This document shows, piece after piece, positions 13,517 to 25,466 of a stretch of DNA of 47,961 bases; the first letter of the stretch is position 1; every line of letters starts with the position of its first letter. Location: assembly GCA_040357565.1 (NCBI GenBank), contig JBDODJ010000081.1; one strand, written 5' to 3'. A program made the position numbers and the translations under genes. The stretch is from Cercozoa sp. M6MM. Lineage: Eukaryota; Protista; Endomyxa: Ascetosporea. The notes under the pieces were generated by a model that was given only the letters and a program-made list of their open reading frames with translations, searched no databases and was not told where the DNA came from.

Positions 13517-14341
13517 TCACAAACGAGAGCGGAACTCGCGATTGTCTGTGCGTTGCATTCGATTCAATTGCTTGTCGACTTCCTTGCTTCTACAAAAGAG
13601 ACAATGGAGGAAACGGGCACAGGTGGATAAAGAGAGTTGTATGGATATGAGGCACCGATTTCGAGGCAGGACGCAGGCCACAAAGATAAAGGTGAGCACA
13701 GCGACGCTGAGGAGCGCGATGGCGAAGACATTGTTCTCGAAAAAGTAGCGGAAGAAACGCAGGTGCTGCACCTGCGTGCCCACCAACATGTCCACTGCCG
13801 TCAGTCGTGCGTAGACCTGCCACAAGACACACGCACAGTCTTGCCTTTATCCCTACTCCTGCGACGCAAGAAGAGTCTACCGGAAAAGCACGTGCACAGA
13901 ACTGCACGCACGGAATCGAGACGGCCAGTGCTACCCCTGAACAGGTGCGCGTATAACTGAAACCCCACGGAGTAAACAACTGTTCCTTACATGTGTTGGC
14001 GAGGAAGGCGTTCATGTAGGTGGCATTCGGCAGCATTGGGTAGATACGCAGCAGGCCCGGCACGCGCATGCCGAAGCGGAACAGTCCCTTGAGAGCAGCG
14101 CACATCATGTGCAGTGCAAACAGCGCAAACGCCAGCACGCCAAAGAACGGGAGACCTGGATAGGAGGAGGGTACAGGGTAGGGGGAAAGGGTAGGGGTAA
14201 AGGTTGGGAGTGGGGGAGAATGGAGAACGCCACCTCGCGGACTCAGCGCGATCAAGAAGTCGTTCAGGAACGGGTGCACCGGCTCGTCCGGCAGCATGAA
14301 CAGACACACGTGGACGATCCACACTGCACACACACAATCAG

Positions 14342-14374
<33 letters not shown>

Positions 14375-16229
14375 CATATATATATATAAATATATATACA
14401 TATATATTCAAGTACATACCCAAAGAGACGCACATGAGCACAACGGACAGCAGCAGCTTAAACCACGGGGTCAGCGGGTTGCCTCCTCGCTAATGCAACA
14501 GACATCCTTCAGTCAGTGCGAACTGACTCTTTCGATGAGGAATGTGTACCAGTTTGTAGGCCGTCTCGATGATCTCAAAATCCTTGCGCAGCTCGTACAG
14601 CTGCTGCTCCACGCCGCGGAAGTGCTTCACACGTCGCCGACGCACGCGCCACGACTGGTTGGCCTGCCCAGGTCACACCAGTTCGTCACCCCAGTCACCG
14701 GGACCAACTTGATCCACGCGCAAGTCTCTCTACCGTTTTGTCCTCACTCTCCTCACGCTGCACGAGCGACTCGCACTCCTGACGCACCTCGCGCGCCTTC
14801 TCGCCTGCGCCAGGCAACAAAAAGAATGCGTTTTCAGACTAGAGGTGTCTCATTGCATCGTCACAGCTTTTCTGATATATGCTTGTCGAGTTTGGTCATC
14901 ATCTGATTTAACAACGACAAAGCACGAGGCGGCTCAAAAAAGCGATCAAAATTTCTCAGACCTCATGTCATGGGTCAATTTTTGTCAAGCATATACGCTT
15001 GAACTTAGCACACGGTGCAGAAAACAGCCCACAAACCTCATGTGTGCACGTTGTACCAAGTTTTTGACGCATGGTTTCATACTGGCGCAGAGTGATGGGC
15101 GAGGGTCGGTTCTTCCAGGCGAAAAAGAGATCCACGGGCAGTGCGAACAGTCCGATGCCTGACAGATGAGTCTCCCAGTCGAAAAAGGCAAGCATACAAC
15201 TCAAAGAGCTTAGCGTACCAGCAAACAAAGCGAAGAGAAACCAGCCGAGGAAGGAGAGGAGTGCCATAGCGAACTGACCCGACACAAACGTACTGTTGAT
15301 ATCGAAATGACACCGTCTCTATGTGATGTGTTGTACCACAGGCAGAGTGACACGGAACTCGAGTTTCAGATCAGCAGACTTTTGCTTGGCCGCCATTGCC
15401 ACAAGGTCCAGCGACACTGAGGACGAATTGCCCACGTGCACGGTGTTGGAGTCTGCACCCATCATACGCATGGCACGATCACTGATATGACAGGACTTGC
15501 ATTTTCAAAAAGGGTACAGCTCACGGAACGTGCAGTAACCGGCAGCTGCGTATCGCTCTGAAAACACACAGAGTTTAGGCACACAGATCTGCTAAAGGTA
15601 TGCGCAAGTACCAGGAAAGGGTAGGTGAAGGCAAAGATGGCCACAAAGACAATGAGCGACACGATGGCGTACTTGAAGCCATCGCAGATCTGCTGACTCT
15701 TGCTGCCCTACAGTGTGTGTGTCCTCTCTCTCTCGCTCCCTTTTGCACTGGAATAATTAGACAGAAGAAAGACGTACTTGCTCGCCCATGTATGCCTCGT
15801 AGTACCAGAAGGCGAACGGGATCACAAAGGCCAGGAACAGCGCCGACAGCACGAACACGATCTGCCACAGTAGCCCAATGTTGAGCGACCCAATGTCGGC
15901 GTAGCCTGTCGCATTCGCCGCATCGTACGGCAGAATCATCACCTGTACAGATCAACCACCAGTCAGCACACTGGTCTCCCTTTGTAGGCAACAGCACACC
16001 TGTCCAAACGCGAGGGCAAAGCCGAGAATTGTGACGACTTTCGGCAGCCACGCCTCTGTCCTGTCATCTGGATGTGCGTACTTCACGAACACGACAAAGC
16101 ACAGACCTACGGTACTCTGCGTATTAAGGGCATACAATTCACATCTGTGTAGTCCTTGATACCAACGAGAACACAGGAAAGAACGACGCCTGATATTATC
16201 ATGAACACATCGGCTCCGGAGAGACCCAT
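13517..16229 (-). CDS. LMBR1-domain multi-pass membrane protein
   Basis: KYAHPDDRTEAWLPKVVTILG, ILPYDAAN, VIPFAFWYYE, GIGLFALPVDLF, IYPMLPNATYMNAFLAN and VQFCARAF match the LMBR1-like family pattern; many TM segments. Confidence 0.85.
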
Positions 16230-16532
16230 GTCTGCTGTTAGCTTTCAAGGCAGCACCTAAAGGCTGCCTCACGTCACTAACACTGAGTTCACACACCCAG
16301 ACGCTGCAGTACAACACTTGGCCTTTCTTGTGCCGTTCAAAGTTTGAGCTGAGCGTTGCATTTATTGGCTCACCACTCGTACAAATGAACGACAAGAGCC
16401 GATGTTGTCGTCACTGCAAGCTGGGTTCGGGTGCGACCAAGCCGCAGTAGGTGTGTCATGTTTTGATCACATTAACCAGGTTCCTCGGTCTAGGTTGACG
16501 TTCGTATTGATTAGCTGCTGCAAAACGTCATC

Positions 16533-18281
16533 ATGGAGGACCAGACCACAGGCGCAGAAGACCAGGCTGGTGTCGTATTTCTCGACAGTGCATCTTCCAC
16601 GAGGGTCTTAGATGAGGCCTTGACTTCGATGGCTCCTTTCAACAAGGTACTCGAGTAAAGACTCTTTTGCTACCTGGTATACATTGGATCTGGTTTGGCA
16701 GGAGTACTACGCCAACAGCGGCGGCTCTTACCCATTCGCACGTGTCTCTGCCGATGCGGTATGACCTGTTGAGGCGAAGGAGATGCTCTAAGGTGGCAAT
16801 TGCTGTGTGCTGGCAGATTGAGGAGGCACGCCGAGTGATCGCCGAGAGTGTGGGAGTGCATGAGGCCGAGCACGTGGTGTTTGGCGCCAGTGGCACTGAG
16901 TCCAATAACCAGGTGCTGTTCGGACTGTCGGCACGGGCCTTTCTGCGGCGAGGCAGTCGCCCTCGGCAGCAGTGCCTGGTGACGCAGCCGTCGGAACACG
17001 CGTCGGTGCTGCGTCCGCTGCAGCAGTGCGCGCAGTTGTTCGGTCAGCGCGTGCAGCTGCTGGACGTCGACGCCGACGGTCTCGTGCAGCCCTCGCAGCT
17101 GCGTGCTCTGCTCGAGAGCAATGCCGCTGCCGACGCCGACACTGTCGTTGTCTCTGTCATGCAGGCCAACAACCGGTGTGTTTCGCTCTTCTTACTGTTC
17201 CTTAAGCCTCTCTCCCTGTGGATACACACCCTGCATTCCGTGCTGTAGCAATGGCAGCGTGCAGCCAGTGCGTGAACTCCTGGCCATCTGTCGTGAGTTC
17301 GGGTAGGCTTTTACCTCCTTTGCTGCTCTAAATTTAGCCCTTCCGGTTAGTGTTCCCTTCCACACGGACGCTTGCCAGTCGTACGGCAAGATGGACCTGG
17401 ACGCCTCGTGTGCCGACTACATCACACTCAACTCGCACAAGATTGTACTCTGGATATTGTATCCTACCCTCTGTGTGGATACGAAGGGTGTGTGTATGTA
17501 GCATGGACCGAAAGGAGCCAGTGCACTGGTGTGCACAACGTCGGAGGCGCGGCAGCGACTGCAGGAAGCACCTGCACTCATGGCAGGCTGCGCGCAAGAG
17601 GGCGGTCTGCGTGCCGGCACCCACAACACTGCTGCGTACCTCTGACACATTTCGCTGTATATATCCCTTACCATTTATCTTATGTATACATATATCTATA
17701 TATATATATATATATATATATGTATACCTTGTATACCTCACTATACAGAATCGCCGGCTTTGCGGCGGCAGTGCGTGCGCTGGTGTTGGACAAGGAGCGC
17801 AACGCCGCCTTCCGCCGGCACTCGCGGCAGCTGCGCGACCTGCTGTGGCAGCGTCTGCAGCAGCTCTGCGGACAGAACGTGCGACTGGTGGGACCGCCTT
17901 GCGATGGTCCGCGTCTGTGTAGCCACCTGTGCGTCACCTTCCCCAATGCGTGTCTCACTCAACTGCGTGCCTTCCTGGGTACACTGCAGTCCTACTCAGT
18001 CTGTGAAACTCGGTTTGTGAACACTCCCAGTCTGCCTTGCTTCAATATGTGCTGGTGACACAGGTGACAAGAACATCTGCCAGTCCGCGGGTGCCACATG
18101 CAACAAGGGCAGCACCGACGGCGCCATCTTGCGTCTTACCATCGGTATACTGTCCTCCCGCAGTGTACATAGTGCACACAACAAAGGAAGCTACTTGTTG
18201 TTCTTGAAAGGTGCCTTTACGGAGGAGACCGACGTCACCGAGTGCATCGATGCACTGCGCGAGTTCTTCGCGACCAACTGA
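16533..18281 (+). CDS. Group-I NifS/IscS-like PLP enzyme (cysteine desulfurase or selenocysteine lyase), non-NFS1 type
   Basis: FLDSASST, SGTESNN, EHASV, VSVMQANN, FHTDACQSYGK, NSHKIHGPKG (PLP lysine), QEGGLRAGTHN and SAGATC (catalytic Cys). Confidence 0.85.
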
Positions 18282-20014
18282 AACGGCAGCGACCTGCGCT
18301 GACCCTGCACAGGCTGGGTCTTCATGAGCTGCAAAGCACGACGCGATTGCGTCAACCTGGACCCAAAGTGCCAGGGTGTCTCTTGGTCTAATCGATCGTT
18401 TCGGTACGCTCTATCTACGCTGCTGGCGCTGCGTTCCGTTACGCCAAAGCGCGGGGTATTTCAGGAAGAGGATGACTATATTACTCGTAGTTCGTTACGT
18501 TTACTGTCACAGTATGACGTGATGTTACTGACGCTCAATGGCCCAATCAGTAAGGGAAAGGAGAGACTAAATAAATCATTCAATTAGATAAGTCCGGTCG
18601 TCACTCAGTTGAGTCGCGTCGACGTTAGAACTGAAGGTGAAATACCCCTACTGCGTCTCGAAGTGATCCCACTGGATCTCGACCGAAGGAAGACGTCCTT
18701 GGTCGTAACAATGCGTTGAAGAAAGAAAAAAAACTCCACCTGTGAACACACGACGAAGTGAGTGGAATGGAAACCAGCCAATGAGCTAACTGACCAGGCT
18801 GAAGCCGTGACGGAGCTTTCTGCTTCTCTGCAAGGACTCTGTCCAGGCAAGATCTACAGCAACAGCAATCCACTGAGTCAGTAGTTAGGTCTCAGAGCAA
18901 GGTACCAAGCCAAAACACTCTTAAACTCTCTCCAGTCTCAAACTTGTTTGAGACATGGATTATGACCTCCACGCGGACGGGTCAGAGCAATGACTACTGA
19001 AAATGTGCAGTAACAATGAACTACTGTATCCGCGCGGAAGCAACCTACAGCTTACAAAAAATCCTCAGAGCAGTTGTCTCCGCTTCGAGCCTCCCGTCCA
19101 GCACCAGTGCTTTGCCGCCCAACTGAACCGTTGAGGTAACTCACTCTTTCAGCTGACACTTGGACACTCTACCTCCAAGAACAGACTTTCTTACGTTCCT
19201 TAGTTTTTTTTTGTGTCACTGGCAAAGTACCCTCAATTTACCAAGGCCTGATCCCTATCTGAGAGGGCTGCGGTAACATTACGGATGATACGTTAGCGGA
19301 CGACTATCACGGCAGTGATACGACAACTAATCCCGAACGGAAACGGTAAACGAAATAACCAGGCAGACCAGTTGGACTACCATTGAAGCAACAAGAGAAA
19401 GAAGAGTAAGAGTGTGTGGCTTTGCGCTACTGCTGCTTATAGAGTTGAAAGTGGACCTGTCTGAGCACTCCGGTACATTGCGTCTTCGGGCGCTTCCGCA
19501 CCGACAGAGGTATCAACTTCGCCGGTGGCACTCCCGAGTATTTGAAGTCGCCACAACCAATGGATCGCTTGAGTCCGTCGGCATCGGGCAGAAGAAGATG
19601 CCAAAAGTCCAGCGCAGCTTGAGCTTAAGCTTGTGAGGCGTTTTGCTGCCATCAGTCAAGCACTGGAGAAGCCACGGGAAAAAGAAGAATGCTTCAAATA
19701 CAGTTTTCGCCCGAGAAAAAAAAGAGAATGCTTCGGTCTGAAGGCGGTGGTGTGAGGGTATTTTTGTGCTGCGGGCGCATATGTAGTAAGCACAACTGAG
19801 TACCAACACGAAGAGAAACTTGTGAAATACACACAATTTCCTTCACAGTTCCGTCCTCTCCTAATAGGAGGTACGAACTACTTTCGCTCCTTCCTGCTGG
19901 GTGGGGAGGAGAAAGCGGGGAGGCAACGGGATTGGCGCGAATCGAATACGGGCAAATTCAACTGAAACAAAAAAATCCCAAGTCCACTGGTACTGCTTGC
20001 TAAACGGGCTCGGT

Positions 20015-22071
20015 CTAGTCCTCCTCGGAGTCGTTTTCGTTCTTCTTGGAGAGCGCAGACTCCTCGTCGCTACAGACACAGGACACACAGACAGATGATG
20101 GATGGCAACCAAGAAGACAGGGTGTACCGGTACTCCTGCCAGAGTTCGTACTCCTTGCTGCCTCGCACGAGCATGCGCACGACCTTGACAGGGTGCTCCA
20201 TGCCCTGACGACTGCCACGACCAACGGCCTGCATCTCTTGCGCACGCACCTGCCGACACAGACACCATATATATATATATATATAAGTTTATATACAGAT
20301 GGATAAGCATCTGTATAGTCAGACTCACCTGTTCGCGAGTGCCAACCAGCGCGTCGAGCAGGAACACGTGCGTCGAGTTCAGCAGGTTGGTGCCACTGGC
20401 CTTCACACAAGCATACTGTAGAGACATACCCCTACAAGACAGGATGCGTACCGACGACTTCAGCGACATGGCTAGCACGCGTGCTGCGCCCTTCTTCAGC
20501 TTACCTCTGTCAAACACACACACATAATATATATATATATATATAAATAATACATATACATATATATACATATAAGAGAGTACTCTTGCGAGAAAGCAGC
20601 GAGAGCCTTGCGACGCTGCCACACGTTGCCGCGACACGTGACACACGTGATCTTGTACTCGTCTGCACACACATTCGCAGTGTCCGCGCGGACGCAAGTG
20701 GGGGGAGTGGGCAGTACTCAGCAGCGCCACGACGAGCTGCAGCGTCTGGTCCTGCGCCGAGAAGAGCACGATGCGCGCCTCGTCGCTTTCCTTCAGCAGA
20801 CGCTGGATGTGACGCGCACTGCACCGGCATCAACATCGATACAGGCAGGGATGAGTGGGAGGCAGGTGTATGGAGTACGCGTAGGCCAGTTTGGATCCGA
20901 TCAGCACACGCAGACGTGTGAAGGTTTCCTCCTCGTCCAGGTCCTGTCGCATACATCAGATATATATATATATATATATATACATGTATTATAAACATAT
21001 TAATATATGGTGCATATATATAATATTGAAGGTACCGTGACGTCGTTCATCGGCTTGGGTTTCGGCATATCCTTATTCTGTACTCGGGGTGGAATAAGAG
21101 TGTGCTGGTGTGCTGGTGTGGAGACAGAGCCTACCAGTCGGCAATTCGCGTACTTGCGCAGCTTGTTCAGCGCGGCCTGCTCGGAGTCGCGCAACTGCAC
21201 GCAAACACACCAACAGGCACACATAGACATACATACACAGACATAGACGCACATAGACATAGACATAGACATAGACACAGGCAGACACAACACAGGTGAC
21301 ACACCGAGGTGTGGTGCGCCAGCTGGAGCTTGCGCATCTTGTACTCGCGCTCCATCGACGCCAACGAGACCGTCTGCAGGCAGGGTTGGGGGGGGGGGGG
21401 CAAAGGGTCACAGATTCACAGGTATGGGGTAGAACATAGGTGCAGCGGTACATGCGTGTACTGGAAGTAGTTGCCGCCCAGTAGACTGTCGGGACAAACA
21501 CAAGTCATCAAGTCATCCAGTCATCCAAGTAGTCAGAGACACACGAGCACACAGACAAAGCAGTCCCTACCGAGCCGGGTTGCCGGCGTTCTTGTTGCCA
21601 CGCCAGTGCTCCAACAGCTGCAGTCACGTGCGATAGTAAGCAAGCAAGCACGCAGCACACACGCACATCCAAGGTTGAAACTACCGTGTCCAGGTCGTTG
21701 ACTTGACGTTGCAAGCGATCGATCTACACGTGGGTAGGGTAGGAGGGTAGGGGTACGGGGGTTAAGCATGTCGACACACCTGGTAGCCAAAGTTGCGCAC
21801 GCGAGAGTCCAGCACGTCGATGCGTTGACGCACCACCTGAGAGGCGCAGCACACAGTGTGTACACAGAGACAGACACAGATACAGAGACAGACACAGACA
21901 CAGAGACAGACACAGGAGAACCTACCTCATCCACCTTGATGGGACGCACGTTCAAGTTGCGGTTGCGGAACCTACCCTCATCAGTCATCAGTCATTCAGT
22001 CAGTCAATCAGTCATTCAATCAATCATTTGTTCAATCATTCAATCAGTCAGCCAGCCATTCAGTCATCAGT

Positions 22072-22107
<36 letters not shown>

Positions 22108-23551
22108 ACATGTAACCGTAGTAGTGCCGCTGCAGCAGCAGCTGCGGCAGCGACGTCGCCAGCACCTGATATCATATATATACATATACACACACACACA
22201 TGCAGACAAGTTGGAATGACTCAAGAGTGACAGGTCGCACCTTCTCCTGCGTCGACGTGCACGTGTCGTGCAGCATCTGCACACACATACACAATAAAGT
22301 ATCAAGATACAAAACTATGAATATGTAAATATATGTATAGTGAAATAATGTACATAAACATATATATGTATATATCAAAACACAGAAAAAACATGTATGT
22401 ATAGTGAAATAATATGTGCATTAATATATATATATATATATCAAAACACACAAAATGCAAAGTTTAAAACAAGCCCAACCTGCTCCGGCACGAGGCCGTC
22501 GATTTCGTGCACCTCCTCTTCAAAGGCTGCCAACACACAACACACTCAGTTCCTTCAACAGCAAACAGAAGAAGAAAGAAGAGTACGCGGTGTCTCATCC
22601 TCGAGACCGATCGATTTGCGCTACAGCAGTTACAACACACATAGCACAGCGTTTCTCCCAACACAGCGTTTCTCCTCACACAGCGTTTCTCCAAAACGCA
22701 CCGTTTGACGACGCAAAAGTGCACGCTCAAACAGACGAGCCTGCGCGTGGAGCGGTAGTTGTGTTGTTCTGGTCAGTGCTGGGAAGGTCAAAACTAGAGC
22801 CTACCGGCCAGTCGGTCCGCGCGGCTGGCAGCGACGGACTAACATGTTGCACCGGTCAGTCAGTTCAGTCACACAAATACGAGAAAGGAAGGAAAGGCAC
22901 GTGTTGCTCACTTGCTCGTTTCCTTGGCCGTAGTAGCGGTTGCACTGAGTCAAGTCAAGTCAAGTCAGGTGGGTCAGTTGAGTCAAGTTGATCCAGTCCA
23001 GTCCAGTCCAGTCCAGTCCAGTCCAGTCCAGAGAGAGGCAAAGTACCGATCCAGCCAGCAGCATCCTGTTGTTGTACTGGACACACACACACATGTAACA
23101 TATACATATGTAAATATATATATATATATATAAATATACAGCTATATACAGCTATATACAGATATACAGCTATACAGCTATATACAGATATATAGAGACA
23201 TATATATATATACAAATATACAGATATACAGATAATATAGAGACACAAGACGCACCCTGTCGCCGCTGCGCGAGTCGGCCCAGTTGAGCTGCACCATGGG
23301 CGTGCCGTTGAGTCGCATGTCCAGGTACTTGAAGTAGCCGTACAGCGACCCGTTGCTCGCGTCCGAGAAGGGCGTCGCCGACAGTGCCCACTGCAGGGTA
23401 CACTCGTACAGTACACGTGTACAGTACGGTACACTTGGACAGTCCCAATTGTACAGTCCATATTGTACAGTCCCAATTGTATAGTTCATGCTACCTTGCA
23501 ACCCTCCGAGGAAACGTAGCCCCAGGCACGCGTGCGGGCCGACTGATCCAG
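20015..23551 (-). CDS. SNF2-family (Rad5/Rad16-like) helicase, C-terminal part; 5' part lost in the assembly gap
   Basis: WALSATP (motif III), GSKL, RIVLFS, ASGTNLLNSTHVFLLD, EMQAVGRGSRQGMEHPVKVVRMLVRGSKE; many short exons; ends DSEED* at 20015. Confidence 0.8.
21980..22103. repeat. Intronic (TCAG/TCAA/TCAT)n tetramer array plus (AG)n
   Basis: Directly visible; reads as CUGA/UUGA repeats on the pre-mRNA. Confidence 0.85.
22948..23031. repeat. Intronic pentamer arrays (AGTCA)n and (AGTCC)n
   Basis: Directly visible in a SNF2 intron. Confidence 0.9.
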
Positions 23552-23651
23552 NNNNNNNNNNNNNNNNNNNNNNNNNNNNNNNNNNNNNNNNNNNNNNNNN
23601 NNNNNNNNNNNNNNNNNNNNNNNNNNNNNNNNNNNNNNNNNNNNNNNNNNN
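23552..23651. other. 100-N scaffold gap of unknown true size
   Basis: Run of N with fragments of different genes on either side. Confidence 0.98.
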
Positions 23652-24374
23652 AACACAGGTGAGACACACCAGCACCGCGGTTCTCACTCTTGATGTCGTA
23701 CCAAGCGCGCATCTCACTAGGTCAAGAACACAGTAGGGTAGGGGAAGGGTAGGGGAAGGGCAGAGGAGGGTCAAGTCAGGCTGGCCAGAGGTGACTACCC
23801 GCCGTGGTTCAGCGTGATCGGTCGCATCGGTGCATTCGGCACGACGACTCGCACATTCGACGACGGCAGCAACTGGTCCAACTGAGCACACAAGGACATC
23901 GACTCACATACGTGTCCACCTTAGGGTCTATTTGACATTTTACTGTGTGTGCAATCGAGTGGTAGGTGTCGCCCAGTCCCAGAAGCCAGATCAGCTACAC
24001 ACATACCCTTGTAGAATTTCGTACGTTTTAGAATACGTGTATATGCACCGTGTACTCGTGCTTGGTGGGCACGCGCACATGAGCATCTGCCAGCAACTCG
24101 GCCACTCGCCGGCGACTGCGACGAGTTCGCGGCGCTAAACGATCCTCATACACACTGACCTGACACTGACCCTCGGCACAGACACATGGTAGGAGTACCC
24201 TCGGCCGCCTCTGCCTGTGCGATCGCCTGGTCAATCTCCTCGTCCAGTGTCTGAGTGAAAACGCAAGCATTTGCGCGTGTGCATGCAGAGTCGAACGGAA
24301 CATACAGTCGCAGGCGCTGTCGAGAACAGTCGCACCGCCGTTCGCGCAGAAACGCGACGAGCACACAGAATCAT
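23652..24374 (-). CDS. Acyl-protein thioesterase/phospholipase-carboxylesterase (LYPLA/APT-like), N-terminal part only
   Basis: Spliced HEYTLIWLLGLGDTYHS...NVRVVVPNAPMRPITLNHGGEMRAWYDIK; Arg/Ala/Ser-rich N-terminus MILCARRVSARTAVRLFST; truncated by the gap. Confidence 0.82.
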
Positions 24375-24659
24375 ACTGAAGTAGTTTATCCCAATAAACA
24401 AAACCGAGCACACGCGTGGGCACAACCAAGTTCGTGATCGCCGTCCTGAGCAACTTCACCGTGACTCGAATTTTCTGGCTCTCGGAGAAAACGCCAAAAA
24501 CGGCATCGTTACGTCCTGTGGGACTGTGGCACCGTGTGCTGCGTTTGTTTTTAGGTAGTAGCCTTTGTGGCGGTCCTATTTGCGCACGTGGTGACTCGTA
24601 GCCACCCAGATTATTCCCGTATTTGGAAATGCCATTTGTTTTCAGCGCCAACTCAGATA

Positions 24660-25070
24660 ATGTCGCGAGGCAAGCAACGTGATATCGACCGTGCGCGCGC
24701 TCAGGCATCATTCCTCTGAGTCAAGCAGCCTTGTATGTGCTGATGTATGTGTTGTGTAGGCGCGCTCCAAGAAGGCTGCCGGCAAGTCGGCCGCAGCGAA
24801 AGCCGGCCGCAGCACGCAGCAACAGGCCTTGTCGTAAACCTCCTGTGTTCTCTGGAAACAGGTTGTTGCACGTGTGCTGGTGCTTTCTGTGTTGGCAGGG
24901 ATGCCGACATCATGCGACAGAAGCAGGAGCGCGCCAACGCTCGCCGCCAGCAGGCCAGCGCCAGTGGCTCCGCCGGTGGCAGAGCCTCGCTCAACCAGAG
25001 CAAGGCGCCCTCCAAGAACAAGGCCAACCTGTCCGCCAAGGAGCTCCGCAAGCTCGCGCACCGCAAATGA
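24660..25070 (+). CDS. SERF: Small EDRK-rich factor (SERF/4F5 family), 96 aa, 3 exons
   Basis: MSRGKQRDIDRARAQARSKK...DADIMRQKQERA; introns 24705-24759 (GC-AG) and 24834-24898; spliced length 291 nt. Confidence 0.85.
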
Positions 25071-25225
25071 TCGACTGAGCCTCGCCTGGCGGGGCACTGG
25101 CTGGACGGCAACTGTTTTTTGTTTAACTGTTTTAGTATTTACTGTACTAAACCACACTCGACTCGCCTCATCAGATAGGATAGCACAGGCACGGCAGGTC
25201 GCGTCGGTTCAGTTTCGTTTGGTTG

Positions 25226-25307
25226 TGGTCGGTCAGCGAAAGAAAATCGGCACAAGGACAGCTCAGGGCAATGAGTTTGTGTCCCGCGCGTCACACAAAA
25301 CCAACCA
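25226..25307 (-). promoter_or_regulatory. SECIS element (type II, GUGA core) in the 3' UTR of selenoprotein S
   Basis: Minus strand: helix I UGGUUGGUU/GACCGACCA; quartet GUGAC (25294-25290) opposite CGAU (25249-25246); helix II GCGCGGGACA/UGUCCUUGUGC; unpaired AAA (25278-25276); apical mini-helix CUCA-UUGCCC-UGAG. Confidence 0.88.
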
Positions 25308-25466
25308 GCTCTGTTCGAAAAGTTCGTGTGTCTGTGGGATGGGTGGGTTTCGACTTTTCGTTTCAGTCGAGTTTTCTGCCGCACCAGACTGTCTCGCAGT
25401 CTGTGCGTGGCGTGGCACCGGCAGCTGGCTCTCGACACGTACGAGCTAAAGCTGCGAAAACGGTGC

